Origin: Dehalococcoidia bacterium
GTDB taxonomy: Bacteria; Chloroflexota; Dehalococcoidia; DSTF01; JACRBR01
Reading direction: 5' to 3'
NCBI GenBank assembly: GCA_041494685.1
Contig: JBGQBE010000015.1
Span: 1 to 58,469 of the forward strand
DNA: 58,469 nt
Each line of letters begins with the position of its first letter. Within the stretch, counting starts at the first letter, position 1. This document shows positions 35,281 through 45,392 of this stretch, piece after piece. Made by a program: the position numbers and the translations under genes. The notes under the pieces are model-generated. The model was given only the letters and a program-made list of their open reading frames with translations. It did not search any database and was not told the origin of the DNA.

Positions 35281-37089
35281 ATGTCGATGAACCTGAACCG
35301 TCTGAAGTGGGTGGCAATTGCGATGCCGCTCGCGTTCGTGGGCTTCCTTCGCCTGACGACGGAGGGGGCGCTGGGCTCGGTCCTCGGCGCGTGGTACTCG
35401 TCGGCCATCTTCTTTGCGGCCCTTGCCCTGGGTGTCTTCGCCTTTGCCACCGTCGTGTTCGGCTGGCTCGACCGCAGTCAGAAGGTGAGCGAAGCACGCG
35501 CCAGGGAGCTGCAAGCGCTGAACGACCTCGGCAGGAAGCTCTCGGGCACCCTCGAACACGCATCCATCGTGAAGGTGGTACTGGAGACGGCGATGGGGGT
35601 GCTGGGCGCGCGCGCGGCCGGCCTGTCGCTCAATGAGGGGCAAGGACGCAGCCCCGCGTGGCACTCCATCGGTGAGGGATCCGACGACCTTGAGCGGGCC
35701 ACCAGCGCCGTATCGCCGACGCACGTGTGGCAAAACGGGTCCGCGCGCGTGGTCACCGACGATGGCGAGCCAGCGCTGCTCGTGAGCACGCCGATGGGCG
35801 GTCCGGATAGTCCGGGCGTGCTCCATGTGCTGCTTGATCCCGAGTCGGCGCACTCGACCGCCGACGTCAATTCACTGATGTACGCGCTCGCAAACCACGC
35901 CTCGGCCGCCCTTGAGCGCAGCCGGCTGTTCGAGGCGGTGCAGCGTCGTGAGCAGCATGCACGCGCGCTGTATGAAGTCGGACTCGAGATCGTGTCGTCT
36001 CAAGACCTCCAGCGGGTGCTCGGTCAGATCACCACCGATGCCTGCAGGCTCGTCCATGCACGGGCGGCGGTGCTCTGCCTGCTGAACGAATCGGATGGCC
36101 GCCTCAGCCTGGTGCAGACGTCCGGGGACAAGGCTGCCGTCCTTGCGCCGGGTGGCGACGGTTCGGGGCTCACGCCGATCGCGATCGGGCCACGCTATGG
36201 CGGTGGGCCGCCGGCCGCCTGCCCGGTGCTTGCAGAGGAACACGCAGCGCACACGATTCGCTCGCCGTTGATCGTCGGGAGCAGCGTCGTCGGCGAACTG
36301 TGCGTGATCCACGATCCCCAGCAGCGATTCACGGACGACCAGCGAGCGCTGCTCGCCGGGCTCGCCGACATGGCGGCCATCGCTATCCACAACTCACGGC
36401 TCCTGGAGCGGGAGCGTCAGGTCGCCGTGCTCGAAGAACGCGACCACCTCGCCCGCGAGATGCACGATACGCTCGCGCAGGTTCTTGGTTACCTGCACTT
36501 ACGTGCGGCTACGACGCGCAAGCGCCTGCAGGCGGGCGAGACGGACCGGGCGATAGAGGAGCTGCAGGAGATGCAGGACCTCGCCAACGAGGCCTACGTG
36601 GACGTGCGTGAGGCGATCCTCGGCCTGCGCGAGACGGTGGCGCCTGCGGGCGGCATCGTGGGCAGCCTGCGACAGTACCTTCAGAAGTTCGGTCGGCAGT
36701 CCGGTATCGAGGCGGTACTGCGGGTCCCGGGCACCGTGGCGGCGACGCTGCCGCCCGACGCCGAGATACAGCTCTTACGGGTGGTGCAGGAGGCGCTGAC
36801 CAACGTCCGCAAGCATGCCGACGCGGCGCGGGCGACCGTCTGCCTCGAGAATGCGGGCGATTGCCTGCGCATATCCATCGAAGACAACGGCCGGGGATTC
36901 GATTCGTCGCGGGTCGACCGGGCGGAGGGACGGAGCTTCGGGCTTCGATCCATGAAGGAGCGCGTCGAACGCGCGGGCGGGCGCTTCAGTGTGGACTCGA
37001 CGCCGGGGAAGGGTACGCGGATCACCGTGCTGTTGCCGCTAGAGCAGGGAGGAGGACTACGTGTCGCGTATGAAGATTCTGCTGGTTGA
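35281..37089 (+). CDS. GAF-domain sensor histidine kinase (HisKA_3, NarX-like)
   Basis: 2 TM, two GAF-like segments, EERDHLAREMHDTLAQ, QEALTNVRKHA, DNGRGF, GLRSMKER. Confidence 0.92.
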   Translation: MSMNLNRLKWVAIAMPLAFVGFLRLTTEGALGSVLGAWYSSAIFFAALALGVFAFATVVFGWLDRSQKVSEARARELQALNDLGRKLSGTLEHASIVKVVLETAMGVLGARAAGLSLNEGQGRSPAWHSIGEGSDDLERATSAVSPTHVWQNGSARVVTDDGEPALLVSTPMGGPDSPGVLHVLLDPESAHSTADVNSLMYALANHASAALERSRLFEAVQRREQHARALYEVGLEIVSSQDLQRVLGQITTDACRLVHARAAVLCLLNESDGRLSLVQTSGDKAAVLAPGGDGSGLTPIAIGPRYGGGPPAACPVLAEEHAAHTIRSPLIVGSSVVGELCVIHDPQQRFTDDQRALLAGLADMAAIAIHNSRLLERERQVAVLEERDHLAREMHDTLAQVLGYLHLRAATTRKRLQAGETDRAIEELQEMQDLANEAYVDVREAILGLRETVAPAGGIVGSLRQYLQKFGRQSGIEAVLRVPGTVAATLPPDAEIQLLRVVQEALTNVRKHADAARATVCLENAGDCLRISIEDNGRGFDSSRVDRAEGRSFGLRSMKERVERAGGRFSVDSTPGKGTRITVLLPLEQGGGLRVAYEDSAG

Positions 37090-37726
37090 CGACCAACTCT
37101 TGTTCCGCAAAGGGCTGCGAGCGTTGCTCGAGACTGAGGAAGATATGGAGGTCGTGACCGAGGCCTCGAACGGCGAGGAAGCGCTCAACAAGGTGAAGGC
37201 GTACCGCCCCGACGTCGTCTTAATGGACATCCACATGCCCGTCTGCGACGGGATCGAGGGCACACGCCTGATCAAGGCGGAACATCCGGATGTGAAGGTG
37301 GTGATCCTCACGGTGTCCGAGGATGATGACGACCTCTTCGAAGCGATCAAGGCGGGCGCCGGGGGCTACCTGCTGAAGAACCTTCGCCCCGAAGACCTTA
37401 CGCAGATGCTGCGGAGCGTCATGGCAAACGAGGCGCCGATATCGCCGTCCATCGCGTCGAAGCTGCTCGGCGAGTTCCGGCGCCATCCCCACGAGGATCG
37501 CGGACAGCCCAGCGGGCCGGAGCTGACCGCGCGAGAGCGCGAGGTGCTCCAGTTCGTGGCCGAGGGGCTGAGCAACGCGGAGATCGGGCTCAGGCTCAGC
37601 GTGGTGGAAGGCACGGTGAAGAACCACCTGCACAACCTGCTCGAGAAGCTGCATCTCCAAAACCGCGTCCAGGCGGCCGCTTACGGCATCCGCTCAGGCA
37701 TGGTGTCGCTCCCTCCCCAGGACTGA
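37061..37726 (+). CDS. NarL/LuxR family response regulator
   Basis: LLVDDQ, DVVLMDIHMP, GYLLK, LTAREREVL, TVKNHLHNLLEKL. Confidence 0.95.
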   Translation: MSRMKILLVDDQLLFRKGLRALLETEEDMEVVTEASNGEEALNKVKAYRPDVVLMDIHMPVCDGIEGTRLIKAEHPDVKVVILTVSEDDDDLFEAIKAGAGGYLLKNLRPEDLTQMLRSVMANEAPISPSIASKLLGEFRRHPHEDRGQPSGPELTAREREVLQFVAEGLSNAEIGLRLSVVEGTVKNHLHNLLEKLHLQNRVQAAAYGIRSGMVSLPPQD

Positions 37727-37971
37727 TCCAGCCGTCATTGCCGTGCCCCCTTGCTCGACATGTGCGCCGGGCGAGGGGGCACCTGCGTGTGCGGCGCTAC
37801 TGTGCCCGGTGATACACCGGTCTCTACCTCTGGGCGTACCGATGCCCATCTCCATTGATCGAAGGCCACTGGCCGTATCTATCGCGCCGCCCGTGTGAAC
37901 CGATCCGAGGGAGCAGACAATGGCTTTGGGCATGGCACGCTGGATAGGGCGCGCCGCCACGGAGATGTTCC

Positions 37972-38370
37972 ATGCGTGGGCGTCACGTCGTTGTCCTGTT
38001 CCAGCATCGTCTGTTCGGCGAGGCGATCGCGCGGGCGCTCGGTGAGAACGACCAGCTGCAGGTGACGGCGCTCCCGGCCGATGCAGTGTCGCCAGAAGCG
38101 CTCAAGGCCATCCACCCCGATGCGATCATCCTCGAGGAAGAACCGGTGGTGGGCGATATCAAGAACTGCCTGCTGGATGTGGCACCGGTGCTCACGGTCG
38201 TCGTCGGGACGGAAGCGAACACCGCGGAAGTGTACGAGCGCCACGAGGTCATCCACGCCACGGCAACGGAGATCACGGCGCGGATCATGGCCGGATCGCG
38301 GCTCTCGGGGTCGAAGCGCACAGCCAGCGCCAGGGGCCCGTCGCACGTTCCAAAGGAGGATGAGCGTTGA
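37972..38370 (+). CDS. Hypothetical protein, degenerate receiver-like fold
   Basis: GGAGA RBS; HRLFGEAIARAL, HPDAIILE; TTGA overlap with next gene. Confidence 0.6.
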   Translation: MRGRHVVVLFQHRLFGEAIARALGENDQLQVTALPADAVSPEALKAIHPDAIILEEEPVVGDIKNCLLDVAPVLTVVVGTEANTAEVYERHEVIHATATEITARIMAGSRLSGSKRTASARGPSHVPKEDER

Positions 38371-38945
38371 GCCATCTCGCGCGGGCCGGTGCGCTGCTTC
38401 TCCTGGTGGTCGGTGCGGCCCTGACGGTGCGCGCGGTGACCGGCCAGATCGAGATTCCGCTCATCGGCCTCGTGAGAGCGGACAACGCGGCTCACTGGGC
38501 ATCCCTGCAGCCTCGCCTTGGCAGTGCGACCCAGTGCGCGAAGTGCCACTCAGACGTTGACCTGGCGTGGTCCAAGTCCGCGCACGCGGCGCAGACCTGC
38601 GAAGCCTGTCATGGCGCCGGCGACCGGCATATAGCCTACGGCGCGATCATGGATCCCGCGAAAGAGCTGTGCACGACCTGCCACGAGAAGATCCCGGGCC
38701 GGCCGGCCAACTTCCCGCAGATGGTGAAGCTGGATCACTACCCGCTCCAGGCCTGTACGTCCTGTCACGACCCGCACGCCCCGGCAGCGACGTTCCCGGA
38801 GATCCCGCATAACGTCGAGGGCCGGCAGGACTGCCTCGCGTGTCATGGCGTGAAGGGCATCGCCGATATCCCGCCGAACCACGCTGACCGGCCGGTCGAA
38901 CTGTGCCTGGGCTGCCACAAACAGGGAGGCACGAACAAGCGATGA
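38367..38945 (+). CDS. Membrane-anchored hexaheme cytochrome c
   Basis: GGAGGA RBS, TTG start, N-terminal TM; CAKCH, CEACH, CTTCH, CTSCH, CLACH, CLGCH. Confidence 0.9.
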   Translation: MSHLARAGALLLLVVGAALTVRAVTGQIEIPLIGLVRADNAAHWASLQPRLGSATQCAKCHSDVDLAWSKSAHAAQTCEACHGAGDRHIAYGAIMDPAKELCTTCHEKIPGRPANFPQMVKLDHYPLQACTSCHDPHAPAATFPEIPHNVEGRQDCLACHGVKGIADIPPNHADRPVELCLGCHKQGGTNKR

Positions 38946-39754
38946 GCGAGCCCGTTCGACGCCGCGCATTCCTCAAGCTCGCCGGGCGGGTCGTCATCGG
39001 CTCGATCGTGATCTACGGCTCGCCGGCGGCCGTCATGTCGAAGCTGGGGCAGTCCGCGGAACCCACGCCGGTTGACGCCGATGCGGGGCCGCCTGGCTAC
39101 AACCCCAAGGCGCACCAGTGGGTCTTCATCGTCGACACCGCGCGTTGCATCGGCTGCGGCCGCTGCGTCCGCGCCTGCAAGGAAGAGAACCACGTGCCGA
39201 TGGATCCCCGCTACAACCGCACATGGGTCGAGCGGTACGTCCAGACCGCGGACGGCGAGATGCACGTCGATTCACCCGACGCCGGTATCCACGGCTTCGC
39301 GTCGTTCGAGGCGAACCGCGAGTACGCCGGCCAGGACATCACAAAGGCGTTCTTCGTGCCGAAGCTGTGCAACCAGTGCGAGAAGCCGCCGTGTGTGCAG
39401 GTGTGCCCGGTGGCGGCGACGTACAAGACCGACGACGGCATCGTCCTGGTGAACCGGGACAAGTGCATCGGCTGCCGCTATTGCATCCAGGCGTGCCCGT
39501 ACGGCGCGCGCTACCTCGACCCGGACGAACACGTCGCCGACAAGTGCACGTGGTGCTATCACCGCATCTCGCGGGGACTCCAGCCGGCGTGTGTGGCCGT
39601 CTGCCCCGTGGGCGCCCGGAAGTTCGGCGACCTGCGCGATCCCGAGAGCGAAGTGTCGAAGATCGTGGCGCAGCTGCGGCTGTATGTGCTCAAGGAGGAC
39701 CTGGGCACGAGGCCGCGCGTGCGGTACACGCAGCTCGATGAAGGCGTCAGATGA
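38942..39754 (+). CDS. Tat-exported 4Fe-4S protein (NrfC/DsrO-like)
   Basis: RRRAFLK Tat motif; CIGCGRCVRAC, CNQCEKPPCVQVCP, CIGCRYCIQACP, CTWC...CVAVCP. Confidence 0.92.
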   Translation: MSEPVRRRAFLKLAGRVVIGSIVIYGSPAAVMSKLGQSAEPTPVDADAGPPGYNPKAHQWVFIVDTARCIGCGRCVRACKEENHVPMDPRYNRTWVERYVQTADGEMHVDSPDAGIHGFASFEANREYAGQDITKAFFVPKLCNQCEKPPCVQVCPVAATYKTDDGIVLVNRDKCIGCRYCIQACPYGARYLDPDEHVADKCTWCYHRISRGLQPACVAVCPVGARKFGDLRDPESEVSKIVAQLRLYVLKEDLGTRPRVRYTQLDEGVR

Positions 39755-42135
39755 TGCTCGGTTACATCTACCCCAACGAGACCGAGTTCCAGTGGAGCGT
39801 CCTCATCGTGCTCTACCCGTTCATCACGGGCCTCGTCGCCGGCGCGTTCGTGGTGTCATCGCTGTACCACGTATTCGGCATGAAGGCGCTGCGACCGGTG
39901 GCGCGCCTCGCGCTGATTACGGCGCTGGCGTTCCTGCTGATCGCGCCACTGCCCCTCCAGGCGCACCTGGGCCACCCGGAGCGTGCGTTCCTCATCTTCC
40001 TGATGCCCCACTTCACCTCGGCCATGGCCGGCTTCGGGTTCATCTGGATGTTCTACCTGATCCTGGTGGTCGTCGAGACGTGGCTGGTGTTCCGGCCGGA
40101 CATCGTCGCGCTTGCGGAGCGCAGCTCGTGGCCTATGAAGGCGGTGTACCGCTCGATGGCGCTCGGCGTGTACGACGTCTCGGACGAGGCGATGGAGGTC
40201 GATCATCGGCTCATCAAGATCCTGGCCGCGGTCGGCATCCCGTCCGCCGCGCTGCTGCATGGCTACGTGGGATTCATCTTCGGCGCCATCAAGGCGAACC
40301 CGTGGTGGTCGACGCCGCTCATGCCGGTGATCTTCCTCCTTTCGGCGATCGTGTCCGGCATCGCCCTGCTGATGGTGCTGTACATCGTCTCAATGAAACT
40401 GTTGGAGCGGGAGATCGACCATGAGTGCGTGCGGTCCATGTCCTCGCTCCTTGCCGGATTCCTGTTTATCGACCTGGCGCTGGAGGGGCTGGAGCTGCTC
40501 AGCATGGCCTACGAACAGGAGGAGAGCTGGACGATCGTCCGCGGCCTGATTGGGCGGATGTCGGTGACCTTCCTGGGCGTCCAGATCCTGATGGGGGCGG
40601 TGATCCCGCTGATCGTGCTGGGCTACATCTCGTTGTTCCGCGTGGAACGGCGCCTGTCCACCGCCATCTCGACGGTCATCGGCGTGATGGTCGTGGTCGG
40701 CGTGTTCGCGATGCGGTGGAACGTCGTCGTCGGCGGCCAGACGATCTCGAAAAGCCTGCGCGGGTACGTCGAGTACGAGTGGGTCTTTGGAGGCCGCGAG
40801 GGCATCTTCATGGCCTCGCTCATCCTGTGCCTGCCATTCGTCATCTACACCGTGCTGGTGAAGCTCCTGCCGCCATGGCTGGAGGAGGCACCCGCCGCCG
40901 AAGCGGCGCTCGCGGCCCCCACCCGGCAATCGGTGCCAGCTCTGAGCCTTGTGGGCGCCGGTGCGGGATCGGGCGGTGGCGGCGGCTACATCAGTCTGGG
41001 CAACATCGCGCCTGACCCGAAGCGAAAGCGCTACATCGGCCTGAAGCTGACACTCGCCGGCCTCGGGACCGCGATGGCGGCGCTGATGTACGGCGTGTTC
41101 GCAGCGCCGGGCTCACCGGGCCTCCTGCAGATCGGCGGTTCGCAACCCGAACCGGTGCTGGTACCACAGCTCCGCGCCTCGTTCCCGGCGCAGCAACTCA
41201 GCGTGTTCACGGAGCCGGCGGGTGGTTCGTGGGTAGAGCCGCTGGATGTCACCGTCATGGGCGATGGCATCTTCGTGCTCGATCATGCCGGACAGCAGAT
41301 CATCGAGATCGATCAGAAGGGTGCGTTCGTGCGGTCGTATGACGCGAGGTCGGTGTCCGGTCTGGAGTTGCGGCACCCGCACGCGATGGCCAACGACGGC
41401 ACGGACATCTTCATCGGCAACACGTTTCCTCCACGGGTCTACGTCCTCGATCCACGCGCGGGGCTGCTTGTGCGCTCGATCGAGCTGCCGCCCGGCGACA
41501 CGATGAATCTACCCACCGTGCCGACGGGTATGACCTTCACGTCGTACGGCAACCTCGTCGTGTCGGACGGGCAAAACCATCGACTGCTCGTCCTTTCGCC
41601 CGATGGCGCGCTGGTCCAGGCGATCAGGAGGCCGCCGGGATCGTGGGACCTGATCACACCCAACAGCCGCGTCGCAGGTACGGCGCAGGCCGCGGCGCTG
41701 AGCATCGTGGCGAGCACCGGCCGGCCGGGTAGCGTCGCGGTCGCACTGGACGGCACGATCCTCGCCGTTGACATCCTGGGGCCGGGCGTGGTCCGGGTGC
41801 AGCGCGATGGCAGCCTGGGGGGCGAGTTCGCTCGGCCGAGCCTTCCCGAGACCGGCGTCTTCACTCCAACCGACATCGCTATCGACGAGCTGGGACGCAT
41901 CTACGTCTCGGACGATCTCCTCCAGGGTGTCCAGGTGTACGGTGCCAACGGGACCTCGCTCGGGGTGATAGGCCGGAGCGATCCGAACTCCTTCAGCAAG
42001 CCGGCCGATATGAAGCACCCCTCGGCGCTGGCAGTGCAGGGCAACAAGCTCTATGTCGTCGACCGCGGCCGCGGCGTGGTGGTGTACCAGCTCCCCGGCA
42101 TACCGCCGGTGACCGCACAGATTCCGCCACAGTGA
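39751..42135 (+). CDS. nrfD: NrfD/PsrC-family membrane subunit fused to a C-terminal NHL beta-propeller
   Basis: WSVLIVLYPFITGLVAG, HLGHPER, LHGYVGFIFG, RWNVVVGGQ; then Gly linker, TM and NHL repeats (PTDIAIDELGRIYVSD). Confidence 0.88.
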   Translation: MMLGYIYPNETEFQWSVLIVLYPFITGLVAGAFVVSSLYHVFGMKALRPVARLALITALAFLLIAPLPLQAHLGHPERAFLIFLMPHFTSAMAGFGFIWMFYLILVVVETWLVFRPDIVALAERSSWPMKAVYRSMALGVYDVSDEAMEVDHRLIKILAAVGIPSAALLHGYVGFIFGAIKANPWWSTPLMPVIFLLSAIVSGIALLMVLYIVSMKLLEREIDHECVRSMSSLLAGFLFIDLALEGLELLSMAYEQEESWTIVRGLIGRMSVTFLGVQILMGAVIPLIVLGYISLFRVERRLSTAISTVIGVMVVVGVFAMRWNVVVGGQTISKSLRGYVEYEWVFGGREGIFMASLILCLPFVIYTVLVKLLPPWLEEAPAAEAALAAPTRQSVPALSLVGAGAGSGGGGGYISLGNIAPDPKRKRYIGLKLTLAGLGTAMAALMYGVFAAPGSPGLLQIGGSQPEPVLVPQLRASFPAQQLSVFTEPAGGSWVEPLDVTVMGDGIFVLDHAGQQIIEIDQKGAFVRSYDARSVSGLELRHPHAMANDGTDIFIGNTFPPRVYVLDPRAGLLVRSIELPPGDTMNLPTVPTGMTFTSYGNLVVSDGQNHRLLVLSPDGALVQAIRRPPGSWDLITPNSRVAGTAQAAALSIVASTGRPGSVAVALDGTILAVDILGPGVVRVQRDGSLGGEFARPSLPETGVFTPTDIAIDELGRIYVSDDLLQGVQVYGANGTSLGVIGRSDPNSFSKPADMKHPSALAVQGNKLYVVDRGRGVVVYQLPGIPPVTAQIPPQ

Positions 42136-42320
42136 GAGTTGCCTGAAGTCGAACGCGCCGCGGCATGACAGCCCGTCCAGCGAGTGCGGAATCTGGCTGC
42201 CGTCAATCCTGGCTGCACGGAGCAGGTCGACCGCTCGAGGGGTAGAAAATCTTCGCCGGCGGGAGGATAATCGTCTGGATCTTTGAGCACGTCACGGCGG
42301 ATGCCAGGAAGGAGCCAGTC

Positions 42321-44120
42321 ATGGATCTGGGTGGGTACGCGGACAGGGTCGCGCGGGTGGATCTCACCTCCGGCCGGGTGGCCTATGAGCACGTCGATGA
42401 AGGCGACGCACGAAAGTACGTCGGGGCGCGCGGCCTCGGCGTGAAGTACGTCTTCGACAACGGGCCGACGGTCGATCCGCTGGGACCGGACAATCTGCTC
42501 TGTTTCATGAACGGACCGCTTACGGGCACTGAGGTAACGATGAGCGGACGCATGGCGATCGTGACCAAGTCGCCGCTCACGGGCACCGTCACGGACTCGC
42601 ACCACGGTGGCTGGTCGGGTGCGCGCTTGCGCTGGGCCGGGTTCGATGGGTTGTTGTTCAAGGGGCGTGCGCCGAAGCCGGTGTATGCGTACGTCTCGGA
42701 CGGCAAGGTGGAGCTGCGCGACGCCTCCGATCTTTGGGGTAAGGGCGTGCACGAGACCGTGGGAGCGCTGCTGGCGCGGCACGGCGACGACACCAGCGTG
42801 ATCGCGATCGGCCAGGCCGGCGAGAAGCAGGTGCGGTACGCGTCGTTCATCAACGAAAACGACCGCGCGTCCGGGCGCGGCGGCACCGGCGCTGTCGCCG
42901 GAAGCAAGCAGTTGAAGGCCGTCGTCATCAAGGCGAAGAAGGCGATCCCGAAACCAAAGGACAAGGACGCGTTCAAGACGGCGCACCAGCGCGCGCTGGC
43001 CGTGCTGATGGACGAGGCGACGGTGACCTCGCCGCGCAAGGGCGGGCTTTCGGTCTATGGTACGAACGTGTTGATGAACATCACGAACACGATCGGCGCG
43101 CTCGGCGCGAAGAACTCGCAGCAGACGACCTTCGCCGCTGCCGAGGAGATCTCGGGAGAGAAGATCAAGGAGACGATCCTCGTCCATGACCCGACCTGCC
43201 ACGCCTGCCCTGTCGCGTGCAAGAAGGAGGTCGAGACGCACGGCAAGTATGCAGTCCACATGGAAAGCTTCGAGTACGAGCCCGCGTGGTCCCTCGGGGC
43301 GAACTGCGGCAACCAGAACCGGGACTCCATCGCGTACTTGATCGACCTCTGCAACGACTACGGCATGGACGCCATCGAGCTCGGGCAGGTGCTGGGCATG
43401 GCGATGGAAGCGAGCGAGAAGGAGCTGATCAAGGAGCGCATCGAATGGGGTGACACCGACCGCATGGTGGAACTGGCCCACATGGTCGGCCGCCGCGAGG
43501 GCATCGGCGACACGATGGCCGAGGGCACGCAGCGCGCGGCGGAGGCATTCGGCGACGGCAACCTGGCGATGACCGTCAAGGGCCAGTCGACGCCGGCGTA
43601 CGACCCTCGCGGGCTGAAGGGTATGGGCATCGCCTACGCGACGAGCAACCGTGGCGCCTGTCACCTGCGCGCGTACACGCCGGCGAGCGAACTGCTGGGC
43701 GTGCCGTAGAAGACCGACCCGCTGGCGTGGGAGGGCAAGGGCAAGCTCACAAAGCTGCTGCAGGACCTGCACGCGGTCTCCGACTCGTTCGACCTGTGTA
43801 AGTTCTCGGCGTTTGCGGAGGGGCCGGAGGAGTACGCGGCGCAATACTCGGCGGTCACCGGCGTGAAGTCGACAGCCGACGACATGCTGCTCATCGGCGA
43901 ACGCATCTACAACTTGGAGCGCTATTACAACAACCTCGCCGGCTTCCGCGAGGGCTCCGACTACCTGCCGAAGCGCTTTCTGGAGGAGCCGTCGACCGCG
44001 AAGGGTTCGGAGGGCCACGTCTGCGAACTGGACCTCATGCTGCGCGAGTACTACGAGGCGCGCGGCTGGGAGAACGGCGTCGTGCCGGAACGGAAGCTGA
44101 AGGAACTGCAGATCGTCTAG
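42321..44120 (+). pseudogene. aor: Tungsten-type aldehyde:ferredoxin oxidoreductase with in-frame TAG at 43707-43709
   Basis: KSPLTG, DSHHGG, GRGGTGAVAGSK, CHACPVAC, EYEP, GMDAIE, YDPRG, RGACH; same frame continues after TAG (KTDPL, DSFDLCKF, LEREQ-like ERYYN, YYEARGW) to give 599 codons. Confidence 0.88.
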
Positions 44121-44130
44121 GAGCGCGTGA

Positions 44131-44412
44131 TTGGGGACGATTCGGCTGTACGCGACGCTGCGGGCGCGCGCCGGCGGTCTGCGCGACGTGGAGATCGACT
44201 GGCGCTCCGGGATGCAAGTCGGCGATGCTATTCGCGCGCTCATCGCGCGGAATCCGAACCTGGAGGGGTACATCGTCGACGCCCAGGGGCGCGTCGTGCC
44301 GTACGTCTCCGTGTTTATCGAAGGCCGCGATATCCGTTACCTCGACGGGCTCGCGACGGTGCTCGCGGATCGCGACGAGATCGCGATCTTCCCGCCGGTC
44401 GCAGGCGGCTGA
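44131..44412 (+). CDS. moaD: MoaD/ThiS ubiquitin-like sulfur carrier
   Basis: IRLYATLR, GRDIRYLDGLAT, C-terminal IFPPVAGG. Confidence 0.88.
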   Translation: MGTIRLYATLRARAGGLRDVEIDWRSGMQVGDAIRALIARNPNLEGYIVDAQGRVVPYVSVFIEGRDIRYLDGLATVLADRDEIAIFPPVAGG

Positions 44413-44415
44413 CAA

Positions 44416-44661
44416 ATGGCGGAGGTGGTGTTCGGCGGCATGCCCGCCTGGCTGTTGGAGGCCTACCTCGTCGAACTCGGAGGCAGACGCGCGGCGGCAG
44501 GCGGAACGGTGGAGGGTGACGGTTGGTTGGCGACGCTGGATTCCTCGCGAAGTAATTCAAGTGGGGTCGCCATAGCGCGCGTGACGGTCACGATCGAGGG
44601 CGAGCGCGCGCCGATGGTGCTGGCGGCGCTCCGCAAGAAAGCGCAGCGCGGCGGCGGTTAG
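44416..44661 (+). CDS. Small protein, DUF1952-like
   Basis: GGMPAWLLEAYLVELGG...VEGDGW...KAQRGGG; follows aor-moaD. Confidence 0.65.
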   Translation: MAEVVFGGMPAWLLEAYLVELGGRRAAAGGTVEGDGWLATLDSSRSNSSGVAIARVTVTIEGERAPMVLAALRKKAQRGGG

Positions 44662-44676
44662 GCCGGCGCCACAACA

Positions 44677-44715
44677 ATTGACGCCCGTCGCAGCGGGTGC
44701 TGCGCGGGCGCCAAT
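44677..44715. terminator. Imperfect hairpin between convergent operons
   Basis: ATTG-A-CGCCCG-T-CGCAGC-GGGT-GCTGCG-CGGGCG-C-CAAT. Confidence 0.5.
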
Positions 44716-44738
44716 CGAGCCGGTGAACTGGGACGGCG

Positions 44739-45392
44739 CTATGGCTGCGCGGAACCGATGATCTGCGCCAGCTTCTTCTCCATCGTCTTCTTGCTCATGG
44801 CACCGATGCGCATGTCGCGGATGATCCCCTCACGGTCCACGAAGATGTGCGTAGGGATACCTAGCACGCGGTAGTTGGCCGCGATCTGCGTGTCGCTGTC
44901 GGTGCCCACCGGATAATGCAGGTCCGCGCGCTGCATGTATCCCGCGACGCTGTCGCGGCCTTCGCCGATGGCTGGCGCGAGCAGCACCAGTCCGTCGGCG
45001 TCCTTGTGCGCGTTGTACAGATCCTGGATGTCCGGATTCTCGGCGCGGCACGGCGGGCACCACGACGCCCAGAAGTTGATCCACACGGGCTTGCCCTTGA
45101 AGTCGCTGAGCCGCACCTGCGTCCCATCGATCATGGTGAGCGCGAAGTCCGGCGCGGGCTTGCCGATCTCCGGTGCCGCGCCGGCGGCAGCGGCCGTCAC
45201 CGACACGGACTGACTGGCAGCGACGTCGGGCCGGTCGAAGACCCAGACGAGCGCGGCGATCGCGACGCCTACCAGTATCGTGGCGATGATGTTGCGGAGC
45301 GCGCCGGGCGTGGGCCGCCAACGCACGCTGCCGAGATCGTCGTCCTCCGGCTCGGCTGCGGCCAGGTTGAGTGGTTCGACGTGGCTAGCCAT
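44739..45392 (-). CDS. resA: ResA/TlpA thiol-disulfide oxidoreductase
   Basis: TM anchor; APDF, INFWASWCPPCRAE, GIPTHIFVDREG. Confidence 0.88.
   Translation of the reverse strand: MASHVEPLNLAAAEPEDDDLGSVRWRPTPGALRNIIATILVGVAIAALVWVFDRPDVAASQSVSVTAAAAGAAPEIGKPAPDFALTMIDGTQVRLSDFKGKPVWINFWASWCPPCRAENPDIQDLYNAHKDADGLVLLAPAIGEGRDSVAGYMQRADLHYPVGTDSDTQIAANYRVLGIPTHIFVDREGIIRDMRIGAMSKKTMEKKLAQIIGSAQP

Noticed and set aside
43707..43709. Genome-wide TAG reassignment
   Set aside because: Many genes here end at TAG at the expected family C-terminus (e.g. 8507, 17235, 44120, 57321)
42051..44273. Long opposite-strand or alternate-frame ORFs (e.g. 42051..44273, 15727..17460, 46256..47875, 55680..57191)
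   Set aside because: High-GC shadow ORFs over well-supported genes; Arg/Ala-rich with no motifs
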